Shown in pieces: positions 12,390 to 25,335 of a DNA stretch of 64,000 nucleotides. Each line of letters begins with the position of its first letter. Position 1 is the first letter of the stretch. The notes beneath the pieces are model-generated. The model saw nothing but the letters and a program-made list of their open reading frames with translations. It searched no databases and was not told the origin of the DNA. The stretch spans positions 125,428,001-125,492,000 of the forward strand of contig CM059432.1 of assembly GCA_030390025.1 (NCBI GenBank). The letters run 5' to 3'. The DNA is from Squalus acanthias (taxonomy: Eukaryota). The position numbers and the translations under genes are program-made.

Positions 12390-12850
12390 ACAACATCAAC
12401 GTAAGACCGAGGAACAGCATCGCATCTTTCGATTAGGCACTTTACAGCCTTCTGGACTCGACATGGAGTTCAACAATTTCAGGCCATAACCTCTGCCCCG
12501 ATTTTATCAGATGGCAGCTGTTGATGATTCTGCCATCCCCATTTATACCTCTTCTAGGCCCATCTTTTGTTTTTTCCACTTGTCCCATTACCATCTCCTT
12601 TTGCCTCGCACCATCATCCCTTTTGTCATTTAATCTCTCCTGCCTTCCACCCTATCACAGACCTTCCCTTTTATTCGTTTCTCCCCTCCCCCCTTTCTCT
12701 TCCCCTGCACTGGCTTAAAACTTGTTACATCTCTAACTTTTTCCAGTTCTGCTGAAAGTTCTAGTTCATTGTCCTGAGACGTTAACGCTGTTTCTCTCTC
12801 CACAGATGCTGCCTGACCTGCTGAGTATTTCCAGCATTTTCTGTTTGTAT
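12390..12850 (+). mobile_element. Penelope-like element 3' end
   Basis: Encodes EEQHRIFRLGTLQPSGLDMEFNNFR (C-terminus of the GIY-YIG endonuclease); tail GATGCTGCCTGACCTGCTGAGTATTTCCAGC. Confidence 0.8.
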
Positions 12851-13021
12851 TCCATAATGTGCCTGGTCTGTGGAACAAACAGACTTGGTAGGCTGAATGC
12901 CCTTTTGTTCTATACTTCTCATATTCTTATAACGTTCAATCGGAGTTCACGCAGCCAGTTACATTCACACCGAGCATTTACTATACTACTACTGATGTCC
13001 ACAGAAATCTATTTCCCTTAC

Positions 13022-13091
13022 CTGGCTATACAATAGGGTGACACCACCACTACTTTCCATAAGCATTTTATCCTCCAAGGGATCCAAGTAA
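13022..13091 (-). CDS. SNX31: SNX31 coding exon (70 nt): YLDPLEDKMLMESSGGVTLLYSQ
   Basis: ttcctttcttctcag|TTAC...CCAG|gtaagg. Resembles YMAPSLDSVLMDCRVAVDLLYMQ; phase compatible on both sides. Confidence 0.88.
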
Positions 13092-13869
13092 CTGAGAAGA
13101 AAGGAAATATAATCTCGTTAATTTGGTTAAAAAGACTGGAAACCACCTCAATTGCAAGACATGTCTGCAAACACAAAATAAACTTGGCTCATTCACTGAA
13201 TTTAATGCACTGACTCTGGTATTTCAAAAAGGTCCAGATGCTGATATTTTGCCCTTAAATATGGTATTGCAATCCAGCATAAAAGTGCACATTCAGGCAG
13301 CAGTTTGTGAAGAAACAATGCAGATTTAAATACAAGTCCCGTTTGTTTCTACATTTTGTTTCCACGATTTTCCCCCCCCCCCCTATTTTGATTCTTTTGA
13401 GCTCTGCTTTACTTTTAATTTTTCCTTAAGCAGCATAGATCCTACTTAAATGGAGGCTCTAGGAATGGCCTTCTTTCTACATCGAGCCCATTAACTTACA
13501 ATGGATCTCCCCAATCCTCCTCAGAACACAAAAGAACCAAGCCATCATCATCAGCAAGGTTAGGGGCACAGCGCTGCAAGCTTATGGAGAGCAAAAGCAT
13601 AGTGTCAGGGCTGGCTAAAGATGGCAATTATTTTGGCAGCAACAAGGCTTCCCTTAGCCCTCTCCAAGGAGGAGCTTTCTCAGTGGAGCAAAGACTCATT
13701 ACATAGGGATTTCTCAATAGGCAGGAAAGACTCCTCTGAACAGAATAGAAAACAGCCTTTATTGATGATCATTTCCTGTGGATTATCTTTGAAGGTAATA
13801 AATGCGGAGATTCCTAGGAGAGGTTTTCCATTGTGCGTGTAGAAATAGTTATTGCGTGCCTCAGATGGT

Positions 13870-14240
13870 TACAGCAGCAAATTAGCTGGACCACATTGAC
13901 CAGAAGATTGTAGGTTTGAGTGCTGGTCTGTGCTGAGTTAGCTCATTTTAGGTGACAGTACTACAGTTGGGTTCAGTGCCACTACTCTGTGAAGCTGGGG
14001 TGGGGTGGGGAGGTGAGAATCAGACAGGGTTCCTGATTAATAACGGCTGGAAAATGGACATGTGAAGACGTTAGGCGAGAACAGGCTTGGGCACGGCTGC
14101 AATGGCCTAAATGAACAAATAGTCTGGTAACACCTATTGTTTTGACTCGCAGATTATTAATCGCCAGTAAAACAAGATTCGAGAGGGTGCCTGTGAAACC
14201 AGATCCCAGCAAGAGTCAATTCTGTCAGGAAGGGAGGAGT
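13870..14240 (+). mobile_element. AmnSINE2-like ancient SINE
   Basis: CTGGTCTGTGCTGAGTTAGCT..CTACAGTTGG..AATCAGACAGGGTTCCTG..CCCAGCAAGAGTCA match the recalled consensus; related fragments near 4690-4870 and 21780-21980. Confidence 0.55.
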
Positions 14241-14667
14241 GGGGGAAACTATTTTTTTTTTTATTTTTAAAAAGGACATCAACTGGACAAGTGCTATCTG
14301 GATCCATCTTTTACCAAAGTTTCACAACACTTGGAGAACTATTTTTTTTAAATGTTAGATTACCAACCACAGGTCTGATCTTCCTCATTCTTTGAGTGTA
14401 ATTCAACTCCATTGCTCCTCCCTTCCAGTTCCTCGGTTCTCTTTTGGGCCGTCTGGAACTTGGACCTGGAAGGTTGCCTAAATTGTTTTGATACTTCGTT
14501 GGTTATTTCTGGCAACTCTTTACTTATGTGCCAAGGAGAAATTTCTTCGTGAAGGAAAGGTTTACAGAGAAACCTGTAATTATTTCCAGTCAGTGGAAGA
14601 TTCACTGGGCTGCACACTGCATCCCACGTCAAGGACAACTGTGTTATATCCAGCTGCATACACTGAC

Positions 14668-14845
14668 CATAGGAACAGGAGGAGTAGGCCATTCAGCCCC
14701 TCGAGCCTGTTCCGCCATTCAATGAGATCACGACTGATCTGTATCCGAACTCCATCCACCTGCTTTGGCTCCATATCCCTTAATAACCTTGGCTAGCAAC
14801 AAATCTATCGATCCCAGATTTAAAATTATTAATTGAGCTAGCAGA
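14668..14845 (-). mobile_element. CR1 3' tail fragment
   Basis: GGAGTAGGCCATTCAGCCCCTCGAGCCTGTTCCGCCATTCAAT, as at 5897 and 20241. Confidence 0.85.
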
Positions 14846-15576
14846 GTGAAGAAGAAAAATTACAACCAAAAACAGCAAGACAAAATTATTTGGGTAACTC
14901 TATTGGTCGGTTTGTGAACAATAAATTTGGCGGGGGGGGGGGGGGGCAGCGCAGGGGGTGAATGGAGGGATTTGATTACTTGATTTGCGGGGCCTTCCTT
15001 CCTCATTTATCTACTTTTAATTTGTATACATTTAATCAATTGGCTAGTTCACTGGTAGCTTAACAGAAAGGAAATTAGAAAAGTTAATTATGATTTGTGC
15101 CCTACAGACAAGTGACATACAGACACGCACCCAGATGTTGTACTGGAGCAAAAGCAGATGTGGGAATGAAAATTTTCGTGAAACAGAGAGTGAAGCATTC
15201 TGAGTTAATAAGGACATGAAGAGAAATGAAGAACAGATGAATTTTTAATGATTTGCATTTCACTTTGTCAATAAATACTGCAAGTATTCCAGCAAAAAGT
15301 ATAAAAGTCATTACTGAAGCACCAAAATGCAAACTGTTCCATTTGGCATATTAAGCCATGGACAAGGCTGATTGGGAGTGAATCAGACTGAAACCTTTGG
15401 ATAATGTTTATTCTCACAGTCACTGGGGCGGTTTTCACAGGTTCTGCTAGACACCAGGGCAGGGGGTGGTCTCTTCCCACCCCAACCCTGAGGGACTTCT
15501 GGGGGCTGATTGCTCAGAATCTTAGCTACCATTTTGTACTGATAGCATTGAAAAGTCGAGCAGCATTGTTCAGCAG

Positions 15577-15830
15577 TAGGGTTCCCAACCGTCCCAAAAT
15601 AGGGGATTCCTCCCCCGAGTACTGCCTCCAGCAGCCCGGGAGATGTGGAATTAAACTTCCCGGAACTTGTCGCATAAGAGCTGCTGGCGTAAAACCACGA
15701 GCAAAGATATTCAACTACAGGAGGACCAACCTTCATAAGGTGAACGCAATAACATTTGTCGAAATTCTGTGATCAGAATGTTATGTGATCGGACCTCCAG
15801 GAATGCCTCCAACCAGCGTTGGCATCCTTA
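15577..15830. mobile_element. Possible hAT-type non-autonomous DNA transposon
   Basis: Starts TAGGGTTCCCAAC and ends GTTGGCATCCTTA (imperfect TIR of the TAGGGTTGCCAAC type). Confidence 0.4.
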
Positions 15831-15882
15831 GTCAGCAGGTCACTTTCAAATCCTTCACAGCCAGTTTCTGACTCCAATATTA

Positions 15883-18540
15883 CATAGGATATACGGCACA
15901 TAAACAGGCCATTCGGCCCAACCAGTCCATGCAGGCACTTATGTTCCACTCGAGCCTCCTCCTGTCTTTCCTCATCTAAATCTATCAGCGTAACCGTCTA
16001 TTCCCTTTTCCCTCATATGCTTGTCCAGCTTCCCCTTAAATGCATCTATACTATTCGCTTCAACCACTCCCTGTGGTAGCGAGTTCCACATTCTCACTAT
16101 TCTTTGGGTAAAGAAGTTTCTTCTGAATTCCCTTTTGGATTTCTTGGTGACGATCTTATATTAATGGCCTCGAGTTATGCTCTTCCCCACAAGTGGAAAC
16201 ATTGGGCCGTATTTTCTGATCGGAGGTTTCCCGCATGCGGAGGCCTCCGATCTGGAGAAAAATCTATGCACTTACCGGAGGGCTCCCGAGGTGCGTATAG
16301 TTCCGATGCTGGACCTCTCCAACTCCAAGTGCGCAGGGCCCACGTATCCCAGAGGTGCATGTGGTTCGCAAGCGTCCCTGGGATCACGTGGGCCATGGGG
16401 AGCCAATCAAAGAAGGGAATCTCCCTTTATACACTTGACAGATAGACCTGTCAAATATCTGAATGGAGATCAATGAAAAACCATAGTAAAACTTTAAATA
16501 AATTTTAAAAAAACCATCACCTTTTTAAAATTAGTTGAAATTACAATAAATTAAATATTTAAAACAAAAATTTTATTTTTTGAAAAAAATAATTTAAAGT
16601 TTTTTATGGGGCTAAAAATAAACTTACCTTTTTTAAAGTATTTTTAAATGATAAATGAATGAAAACTTTTTTTTCAACTCTTATCCTGGTAAAAGCAGGC
16701 CTTTACCAGGCGTAAGAATTCTAAGGGTGTTCTGCGGGCGGAGGGTCTCCAGAAAGCGGAACTCTCCGCCCGCAGAGGCCCTTCTCCAGAGCATTCTTGA
16801 CAGATCGGAAATGCCGGTTTTCAGCACATGCGCTGTGCATGCCTGAAACCGGCATTTCTGATGTCCCTACGGGTGCGTACACAGCCCATACACACCTGTA
16901 GGCATTGGAATATCCGGGCCATTCTCTCTGTATCCACTCTATCAAAACCTTTCATAATTTTAAAGACCTCTATTAGGTCACCCCTCAGCCTTCTTTTCAA
17001 GAGAAGAGACCCAGCCTGTTCAACCTTTCCTGATATGTATACCCTCGCATTTCTGGTATCATCCTTGTAAATCTCTGCACCCTCTCCAGTGCCTCTATAT
17101 CCTTTTTATAATATGGCAACCAGAACTGCACGCAATACTCTTAAGTGTGGTCTAACCAAGTTTCGATACAGGTTTAGTATAACTTCCCTACTTTTCAATT
17201 CTATCCCTCTAGAACTAAACCCGAGTGCTTGGTTTGCTTTTTTTATGATCTTGCTAACCTGTGTCGCAGCTTTAGTGATTTGTGTATTTGTACTCCGAGA
17301 TCCCTTTGTTCCTCTACCCCACCTAGACTCGCACCCTCCAAGTGATAAGTGACCTCCCTATTCTTCCTACCAAATTGTAATAGCTCACATTTATCTGTGT
17401 TGAACTTCATTTGCCAATTATATGCCCATTCTGCAAGTTTATTAATGTCCTCCTGTAATTTGTCGCAGTCCTCCTCAGTATTGACTATCCCCCCAAATTA
17501 TCATCCGCAAATTTAGAAATTGTGTTTTTGATTCCAAAGTCTAAATCGTTAATGTAAATTGTGAACAGCAGTGGTCCCAGCACTGATCGTTGTGGAACAC
17601 CACTACCCACTTTTTTATTTTGAATGCACGTATCTCATTACTCATCTCATCATCCAATGTCATGTCCACCTGTTCTATTTCCCTGGTAAATACCGAAGCG
17701 AAATATTTCTCCCATCTTCCTATCGTTACCTGTGGTATTGTCCTGTCTATCCCTTAATGGCCCTATTCCTATCTCAACCTTCCTTTTTTTAATTGATGTG
17801 CCTGTAAAATATTTTACTATTTTGTTTTATGTTCCTTGATAACTTAATTTCATAGTTTCTCTCTGCCTTCCTAATTGTTTTCTTGACTTCTCTCCTAATC
17901 CCTTCGTATTCTCTCTTATCATGCACTCTTAAGAACATAAGAACACAAGAAATAGGAGCAGGAGTAGGCCATACGGCCCCTTGAGCCTGCTCCGCCATTC
18001 AATAAGATCATGGCTCCTCTGCTGTCTATATACTTAATGTATGCCTCTTTCCTTACCCTAAATTATTCGATTTTGTCTTTATTCATCCATGGAGTCTCAT
18101 TAGTGTTTAATCTGTTCTTTCCTTTTAGTGGAATATATTTTTCCTGCACTCTGTTGAACATAGTTTTAAATGTTTCCCATTGTCATTCTACATCGTTGTT
18201 TGCCAATATTGTTGCCCTTTTTATCTTCCCAAGTTCTATTCTCAGCCCCTCAAAATCAGCTTTTCTCCAATTTATTAACCTGGTCTTTGTCAAACTTATG
18301 TCCTTCTCTATTATCATCTTAAAGCGTATTATATTATGCTCACTATTGCCTATATGTTCCCCTACTTTTACTTCTCTTATCTGCTCTGGCTCATTCCCCA
18401 TAACTAGATCCAATAGCGAATCCTTCCTTGTTGGGCTTTTTACATATTGGGTTAGAAAGGAGTCCTGTATACATCGTAGGAACTCCATTCTCTTATCCCC
18501 TTTACCTACCTCTTCTGTCCAATTAATATCGGTATAGTTG
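15883..18540 (-). mobile_element. CR1 LINE, internally deleted, interrupted by a MITE (16204-16920) and a short CR1 tail (~17931-18015)
   Basis: Endonuclease end FLTQYVKSPTRKDSLLDLVMGNE..SEHN (ORF 18183..18488), RT pieces and tail; very similar to 43029-46417. Confidence 0.92.
16204..16920. mobile_element. Harbinger-like MITE nested in CR1, related to 8057-8791 in reverse orientation
   Basis: TSD ATT (16201-16203, 16921-16923). Removing it restores CR1 GGAAACATTCTCTCT, seen intact near 46085-46100 (minus). TIRs GGGCCGTATTTTC / GAATATCCGGGCC. Confidence 0.88.
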
Positions 18541-20064
18541 CATATGATCTCAAGGGTGATGGTTTATGCAAATCCAACCTGAAAAACTAGTGACAGTAGG
18601 GCAGGAGCTTAGCCTTAATCCAGATCAATACTGCTTCAGGGAGGCCGTAGCCTTGGGTCTGATTGGAGTCTTTCCTTCTACATGGTGAGGCAGTGGCAGC
18701 TAAGTCTGGGGCATCGCCCAATGCCAACGACTTGGGTGGAGGAGGCTGAAGACCGACACAAAGTCCAAACCAGCTATTTGAAATATCTATTTAATTATTT
18801 GCAAAGCAGACCAACTTTCTGTTTTGTTTTTTAAAATCAATACTTTAAATGAATCAAATTGCTTTTAATTATGTAAGCTTCAATGGTTCTCTGAACGAGG
18901 TGGAGCTGGGCGCATCATACAGACTATGCCTGACTCCTGTGGTGGAACAAGGTACAACCTCAAAAACAGCATCCGTATTTCTTTGACCCACAAAGAAAAT
19001 GGACATCAAACACTCCAAAGTAAAGTTGACCCAAAAATGTAACTTAAAAAAATTATATAAATAACTTTATACTTATGGACCAGTATTTTATGCAAACAAG
19101 GCAGACCAGTCACTCCCATCAAACAGTGCATCAAGTGAAAGTTTGCTTTTTTTTGGCTTGCATTTTTTGGTGAATTATTGTGCTCAAGATCAGGATCATC
19201 AGTGATGGGGAATGGAGATATTCCTGCAACATACATCACCTATAACCATGGCAGAAACATTGAATCCATCCATAAAAATGTAAAGCAATGTTTCAGATTC
19301 TGCTGCAGAAATTCAAATCTACCTCAACATTTCTAAATCCCTTTTTTCGCTTCTTCATTTTACTTCCTTATTATCAAGCACATCTGCGTTACTTCTCCTT
19401 TTCAGTGTATTCTTCAAGTTTCTTTTTGTGCTGTTGGTGAACTTCTACGTATTAAATTGGAATAGACTAATTGATAAAACTATATTGGGAGAGGTCAGAA
19501 TTCACACCGTTGACATTTAGATCTCCCATACGGATTTTTGGTAATTTATTCAATGCTGCACGGTGTTAATTCAACCTAATTTCCACACAAGCCTTCAGGA
19601 AATTCCAAAATCGATTCCCCTCATAAATCAAAAACAAAGTTTCATAAAATTATGACTTAATGATTAAAAACAGATACTAAAGCAAGAGTTAGCAAATGGA
19701 GGTGTACAAATATTATAAAGGAGTGTTACATAAAGCACTGTGTTTAGATCAGTTCATGATCTGCACACGTTTCTAGAACCACTCATCACAAAATGTCTCC
19801 ACTGTAATAAACAGTGATGTACACCTCGGTGAACACTTATAGCCACCATTTATTGAATTAGTTCAGAAAAAGAGCACAAACTGGAATCTTCCTTACCAAG
19901 CACTGGGCTTGAACTAATCCTCGGTCACAATTCAATTGCTTTCCCCAATCGGTGAGTGGGTAAATCCAATGCACCAGAGGTTCAATCTCTGATCGTGCTA
20001 GATTAACTAAATAGCAGTCTTCGATTAACCAAGAAAGGATGCTGAAGTAGGTTCAAGCGATAAT

Positions 20065-21064
20065 GGCTCGGATTTTGCGGTCAGCGGCGAACGAACGGCG
20101 CTCACCATTCATTACACTTACACACAGACATTCGGTGGGCTTTTTCACTGCGACTTGTGTTAATTAGTGAGTCAAAACAGCGCGTCTCCTTAGCCAATCA
20201 GATTGAAGAATCCTTACATAAGACATAAGAAATAGCAGTAGGAGTAGGCCATTCGGCCCCTGGAGCCTGCTCCGCCATTCAATAAGATCATGGCTGATCT
20301 TCTACCTCATCTCCACTTTCCTGCACTATCCCCATATCCCTTGATTCTCTTAATATTCAAAACTCTATCGATCTCTATCTTGAATATACTCAATGACTGA
20401 GCCTCCACAGCCCTCTGGGGTAGAGAATTCCAAAGATTCACCACCCTCCGAGTGAAGAAATTTCTCCTCATCTCAGTCCTAAATGGCCGACCCCTTATTC
20501 TGAGACTGTGACCCCTGGTTCTAGACTCCCCAGCCAGGGGAAACATCCTCCCTGCATCTACCCTGTCAAACCCTGTAAGAATTTTGCATGTTTCAATGAG
20601 AGCACCTCTCATTCTTCTAAACTTGAGAATATAGGCCTAGTGAGACACGCAGATTCTAAACCAGAAAGTGTCAGTTAGAATATTTAATTCAATGCCAAAT
20701 CATGTGCAGAAGTCTCCAACATTAATTAAAATCTGAAGGAATGAGACTCCACACTTTTAAAAGTAAATTTTCAGTCCCAGAAAGGTTGTTTGGCAGTAAT
20801 TAAGACTTAACACACCGTTAAAAATTCACTTCCACTTGAATGGACACGCCCTAACTTTCTCTGCGTGTTTAGTGGGCAAGTACCGCAACTTCACACTCTT
20901 CATGTGTTTGAATGCCGAGTCTCAACGGGATACCGGTTTGGCGGAGCTTCTGGGAGGAGCAGGGCAACTCGGACAGCAACTTCCTCATTTCCACGTCCGA
21001 TTTACTCCTGAATAACGGTGAGCACTGATAGCCTCACCGTTATTCTTACCGCAAAATTCGGGCC
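20065..21064. mobile_element. Harbinger-like MITE containing a nested CR1 fragment
   Basis: 17-bp TIRs GGCTCGGATTTTGCGGT / ACCGCAAAATTCGGGCC (15/17); flanks AAT / ATA. Confidence 0.8.
20216..20640 (-). mobile_element. CR1 3' fragment
   Basis: ORF 20307..20612 RTRGHSLRI..RRNFFTRRVVNLWNSLP; CATAAGACATAAGA tail. Confidence 0.92.
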
Positions 21065-21077
21065 ATAATTAGATTAG

Positions 21078-21150
21078 GAGAAGGAATCGAGGGATGGGCG
21101 AGAAGGAATCGAGGGATGGGCGAGAAGGAATCGAGAGATGGGAGAGAAGG
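21078..21150 (+). repeat. 22-bp tandem repeat, ~3.3 copies
   Basis: GAGAAGGAATCGAGGGATGGGC twice, then one variant; resembles CR1 tail sequence. Confidence 0.85.
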
Positions 21151-22044
21151 TGGGGGTAGTCTATCAAAACTTGAATGGTTTTGTTGGGCCCAATGGTCTT
21201 TCCCCACTAAAAATTCACCTCAGTCAAATTGAAAACTTCAAGCCTCCAAAACTATCCAATATAAAATTATACAGATCCTGCTATTAGCAAACTTAATATT
21301 CATGTCAGTTTGCTGCTTTTTAATAATAACAGAATACCTTTATTGCGCATCTCTGTAGAATCCCTTCGATTATTTTTCCTAATTTAGGTTTCTCCATGCC
21401 ACTCTTCAGCCAAGAGAGCAAGTAAGTGTCCAGCTCACAATGGTGGTCTACAGCCAGATGTGCCGAGGTATAGTTAGTGATCTGACAACTAATTTCTGAT
21501 GTTCTTTCCCACTTGTGGCAAAACAACTTGTTTTCACCCAGGTGAGATTGGGAATTCGTAGTATGGACAAGGATTCCAAATCGCCAGTTTCTAACAAACA
21601 CTGCTTAACACGATCAACCGGGAGTGACTGGTGAAAAAAAATGATTACGTGCTAATTTAAAAGTGCACGCTGGCAGAATAATTGACAAGCTAGATTTCAC
21701 TGCAATTTGCAGAAATCCATGTAGCACGCAGTACAGTGACAGTTGTCAGTCACGTGATAGACAGTCAGGCTCAATAACACCACTGCCTCAGCTAAGATTA
21801 GTTAACTCAGCAGAGACTGGGGATCAAACGCAGAACATTGCTGGTCTGTGCTTTAACCAGTCTGGTTTAATAATACCGGCACCTAAACAGAGACCAGCCA
21901 ACTCAGCAATGAACGCAGACTGAACCCGGAACAATTCTGGTCTGTCTGTCTCAGCCACTCACTGCTTTGTACAGCTGAGTCAGTCATCAGGGAAGCAGGG
22001 AAAAGCAAATTTGATTTCTAAATTCTGTGCCCCAATGATACTAT

Positions 22045-22544
22045 NNNNNNNNNNNNNNNNNNNNNNNNNNNNNNNNNNNNNNNNNNNNNNNNNNNNNNNN
22101 NNNNNNNNNNNNNNNNNNNNNNNNNNNNNNNNNNNNNNNNNNNNNNNNNNNNNNNNNNNNNNNNNNNNNNNNNNNNNNNNNNNNNNNNNNNNNNNNNNNN
22201 NNNNNNNNNNNNNNNNNNNNNNNNNNNNNNNNNNNNNNNNNNNNNNNNNNNNNNNNNNNNNNNNNNNNNNNNNNNNNNNNNNNNNNNNNNNNNNNNNNNN
22301 NNNNNNNNNNNNNNNNNNNNNNNNNNNNNNNNNNNNNNNNNNNNNNNNNNNNNNNNNNNNNNNNNNNNNNNNNNNNNNNNNNNNNNNNNNNNNNNNNNNN
22401 NNNNNNNNNNNNNNNNNNNNNNNNNNNNNNNNNNNNNNNNNNNNNNNNNNNNNNNNNNNNNNNNNNNNNNNNNNNNNNNNNNNNNNNNNNNNNNNNNNNN
22501 NNNNNNNNNNNNNNNNNNNNNNNNNNNNNNNNNNNNNNNNNNNN
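22045..22544. other. Assembly gap (500 N)
   Basis: Run of exactly 500 N, probably a placeholder of unknown true size. Confidence 0.99.
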
Positions 22545-24242
22545 GAGAGAGAGAGAGAGCGAGGCGCGAGAGAGAGAGAGCGAGGCGAGCGCGAGAGAGA
22601 GAGAGGGAGGCGCGAGAGAGAGAGAGGGAGGCGCGAGAGAGAGAGAGAGGGAGGCGCGAGAGAGAGAGAGCGAGGCGCGAGAGAGAGAGAGAGCGAGGCG
22701 CGAGGAGAGAGAGAGCGAGGCGCGAGAGAGAGAGAGCGAGGCGCGAGAGAGAGAGAGCGAGGCGCGAGAGAGAGAGAGCGAGGCGCGAGAGAGAGAGAGC
22801 GAGGCGCGAGAGAGAGAGAGCGAGGCGCGAGAGAGAGAGAGCGAGGCGCGGAGAGAGAGAGAGCGAGGCGCAGAGAGAGAGAGAGCGAGGCGCGAGAGAG
22901 AGAAGAGCGAGGCGCGAGAGAGAGAGAGAGCGAGGCGCGAGAGAGAGAGAGCGAGGCGCGAGAGAGAGAGAGCGAGGCGCGGAGAGAGAGAGAGCGAGGC
23001 GCGAGAGAGAGAGAGCGAGGCGCGAGAGAGAGAGAGCGAGGCGCGAGAGAGAGAGAGCGAGGCGCGAGAGAGAGAGAGCGAGGCGCGAGAGAGAGAGAGC
23101 GAGGCGCGAGAGAGAGAGAGCGAGGCGCGAGAGAGAGAGAGCGAGGCGCGAGAGAGAGAGAGCGAGGCGCGAGAGAGAGAGAGCGAGGCGCGAGAGAGCG
23201 AGGCGCGAGAGAGAGAGAGCGAGGCGCGAGAGAGAGAGAGCGAGGCGCGAGAGAGAGAGAGCGAGGCGCGAGAGAGAGAGAGCGAGGCGCGAGAGAGAGA
23301 GAGCGAGGCGCGAGAGAGAGAGAGCGAGGCGCGAGAGAGAGAGAGCGAGGCGCGAGAGAGAGAGAGCGAGGCGCGAGAGAGAGAGAGCGAGGCGCGAGAG
23401 AGAGCGAGGCGCTAGAGAGAGAGAGCGAGGCGCGAGAGAAAGAGAGCGAGGCGCGAGAGAGAGAGAGCGAGGCGCGCGAGAGAGAGAGCGAGGCGCGAGA
23501 GAGAGAGAGAGAGAGCGAGGGCGCGCGAGAGAGAGAGAGAGCGAGGGCGCGCGAGAGAGCGAGGCGCGAGAGAGAGAGAGAGCGAGGCGCGAGAGAGAGA
23601 GAGAGCGAGGCGAGAGAGAGAGCGAGGCGCGAGAGAGAGAGAGAGCGAGGCGCGAGAGAGAGAGAGAGCGAGGCTCGAGAGAGAGAGCGAGAGAGAGAGA
23701 GAGCGAGGCGCGAGAGAGAGAGAGCGAGGCGCGAGAGAGAGAGAGCGAGGCGCGAGAGAGAGAGAGAGCGAGGCGCGAGAGAGAGAGAGCGAGGCGCGAG
23801 AGAGAGAGAGAGCGAGGCGCGAGAGAGAGAGAGAGCGAGGCGCGAGAGAGAGAGAGAGAGCGAGGCGCGAGAGAGAGAGAGCGAGGCGCGAGAGAGAGAG
23901 AGAGCGAGGCGCGAGAGAGAGAGAGAGCGAGGCGCGAGAGAGAGAGAGCGCGAGGTGCGAGAGAGAGAGAGAGCGAGGCGCGAGAGAGAGAGAGAGCGAG
24001 GCGCGAGAGAGAGAGAGAGCGAGGCGCGAGAGAGAGAGAGAGGGAGGCGCGAGAGAGAGAGAGAGCGAGGCGCGAGAGAGAGAGAGAGCGAGGGCGCGAG
24101 AGAGAGAGAGAGCGAGGGCGCGAGAGAGAGAGAGAGCGAGGGCGCGAGAGAGAGAGAGAGCGAGGCGCGAGAGAGAGAGAGAGCGAGGCGCGAGAGAGAG
24201 AGAGAGCGAGGCGCGAGAGAGAGAGAGAGAGAGAGCGAGGCT

Positions 24243-24304
<62 letters not shown>

Positions 24305-25021
24305 GCGCGAGAGAGACAGAGAGAGAGAGCGAGGCGCGAGAGAGAGAGAGAGCGAGGCTCGAGAGAGAAAGAGAAAGAGGCTCGAGAGAGAGAGAGAGAG
24401 GGCGAGCGAGAGAGCAGGCGGGCGTGCGAGAGCGAAGAGCGAAGGGCGAGAGGGCGAGAGGGCGAGAGGGCGAGAGGGCGAGAGGGCGAGAGGGCGAGAG
24501 GGCGAGAGAGAGAGAGGGGAGCTCGAGAGAGAGAGAGAGGGGAGCTCGAGAGAGAGAGAGAGGGGGGGAGCTCGAGAGAGAGAGAGGGGAGCTCGAGAGA
24601 GAGAGAGAGAGGGGAGCTCGAGAGAGAGAGAGAGGGGAGCTCGAGAGAGAGAGAGAGGGGAGCTCGAGAGAGAGAGAGAGGGGGGAGCTCGAGAGAGAGA
24701 GAGAGAGGGGAGCTCGAGAGAGAGAGAGGGGAGCTCGAGAGAGAGAGAGAGGGGGGAGCTCGAGAGAGAGAGAGAGGGGAGCTCGAGAGAGAGAGAGGGG
24801 GGAGCTCGAGAGAGAGAGAGGGGGGAGCTCAAGAGAGAGAGAGGGGGGAGCTCGAGAGAGAGAGAGAGGGGGGAGCTCGAGAGAGAGAGAGGGGGAGCTC
24901 GAGAGAGAGAGAGGGGGGAGCTCGAGAGAGAGAGAGAGGGGAGCTCGAGAGAGAGAGAGAGAGGAGCTCGAGAGAGAGAGAGAGAGAGGGGAGCTCGAGA
25001 GAGAGAGAGAGAGGGGAGCTC

Positions 25022-25053
<32 letters not shown>

Positions 25054-25303
25054 AGCTCGAGAGAGAGAGAGAGAGAGAGAGAGAGGTCAGCTCGAGAGAG
25101 AGAGAGAGAGGGGAGCTCGAGAGAGAGAGAGGGGAGCTCGAGAGAGAGAGAGGGGAGCTCGAGAGAGAGAGAGGGGGGAGCTCGAGAGAGAGAGAGGGGG
25201 AGCTCGAGAGAGAGAGAGAGGGGAGCTCGAGAGAGAGAGAGAGGGGAGCTCGAGAGAGAGAGAGAGAGAGGGGAGCTCGAGAGAGAGAGAGAGAGGGGAG
25301 CTC

Positions 25304-25335
<32 letters not shown>

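Noticed and set aside
21078..21150. Short direct-repeat array
   Set aside because: Head-to-tail 22-mers without spacers, resembling a CR1 tail.
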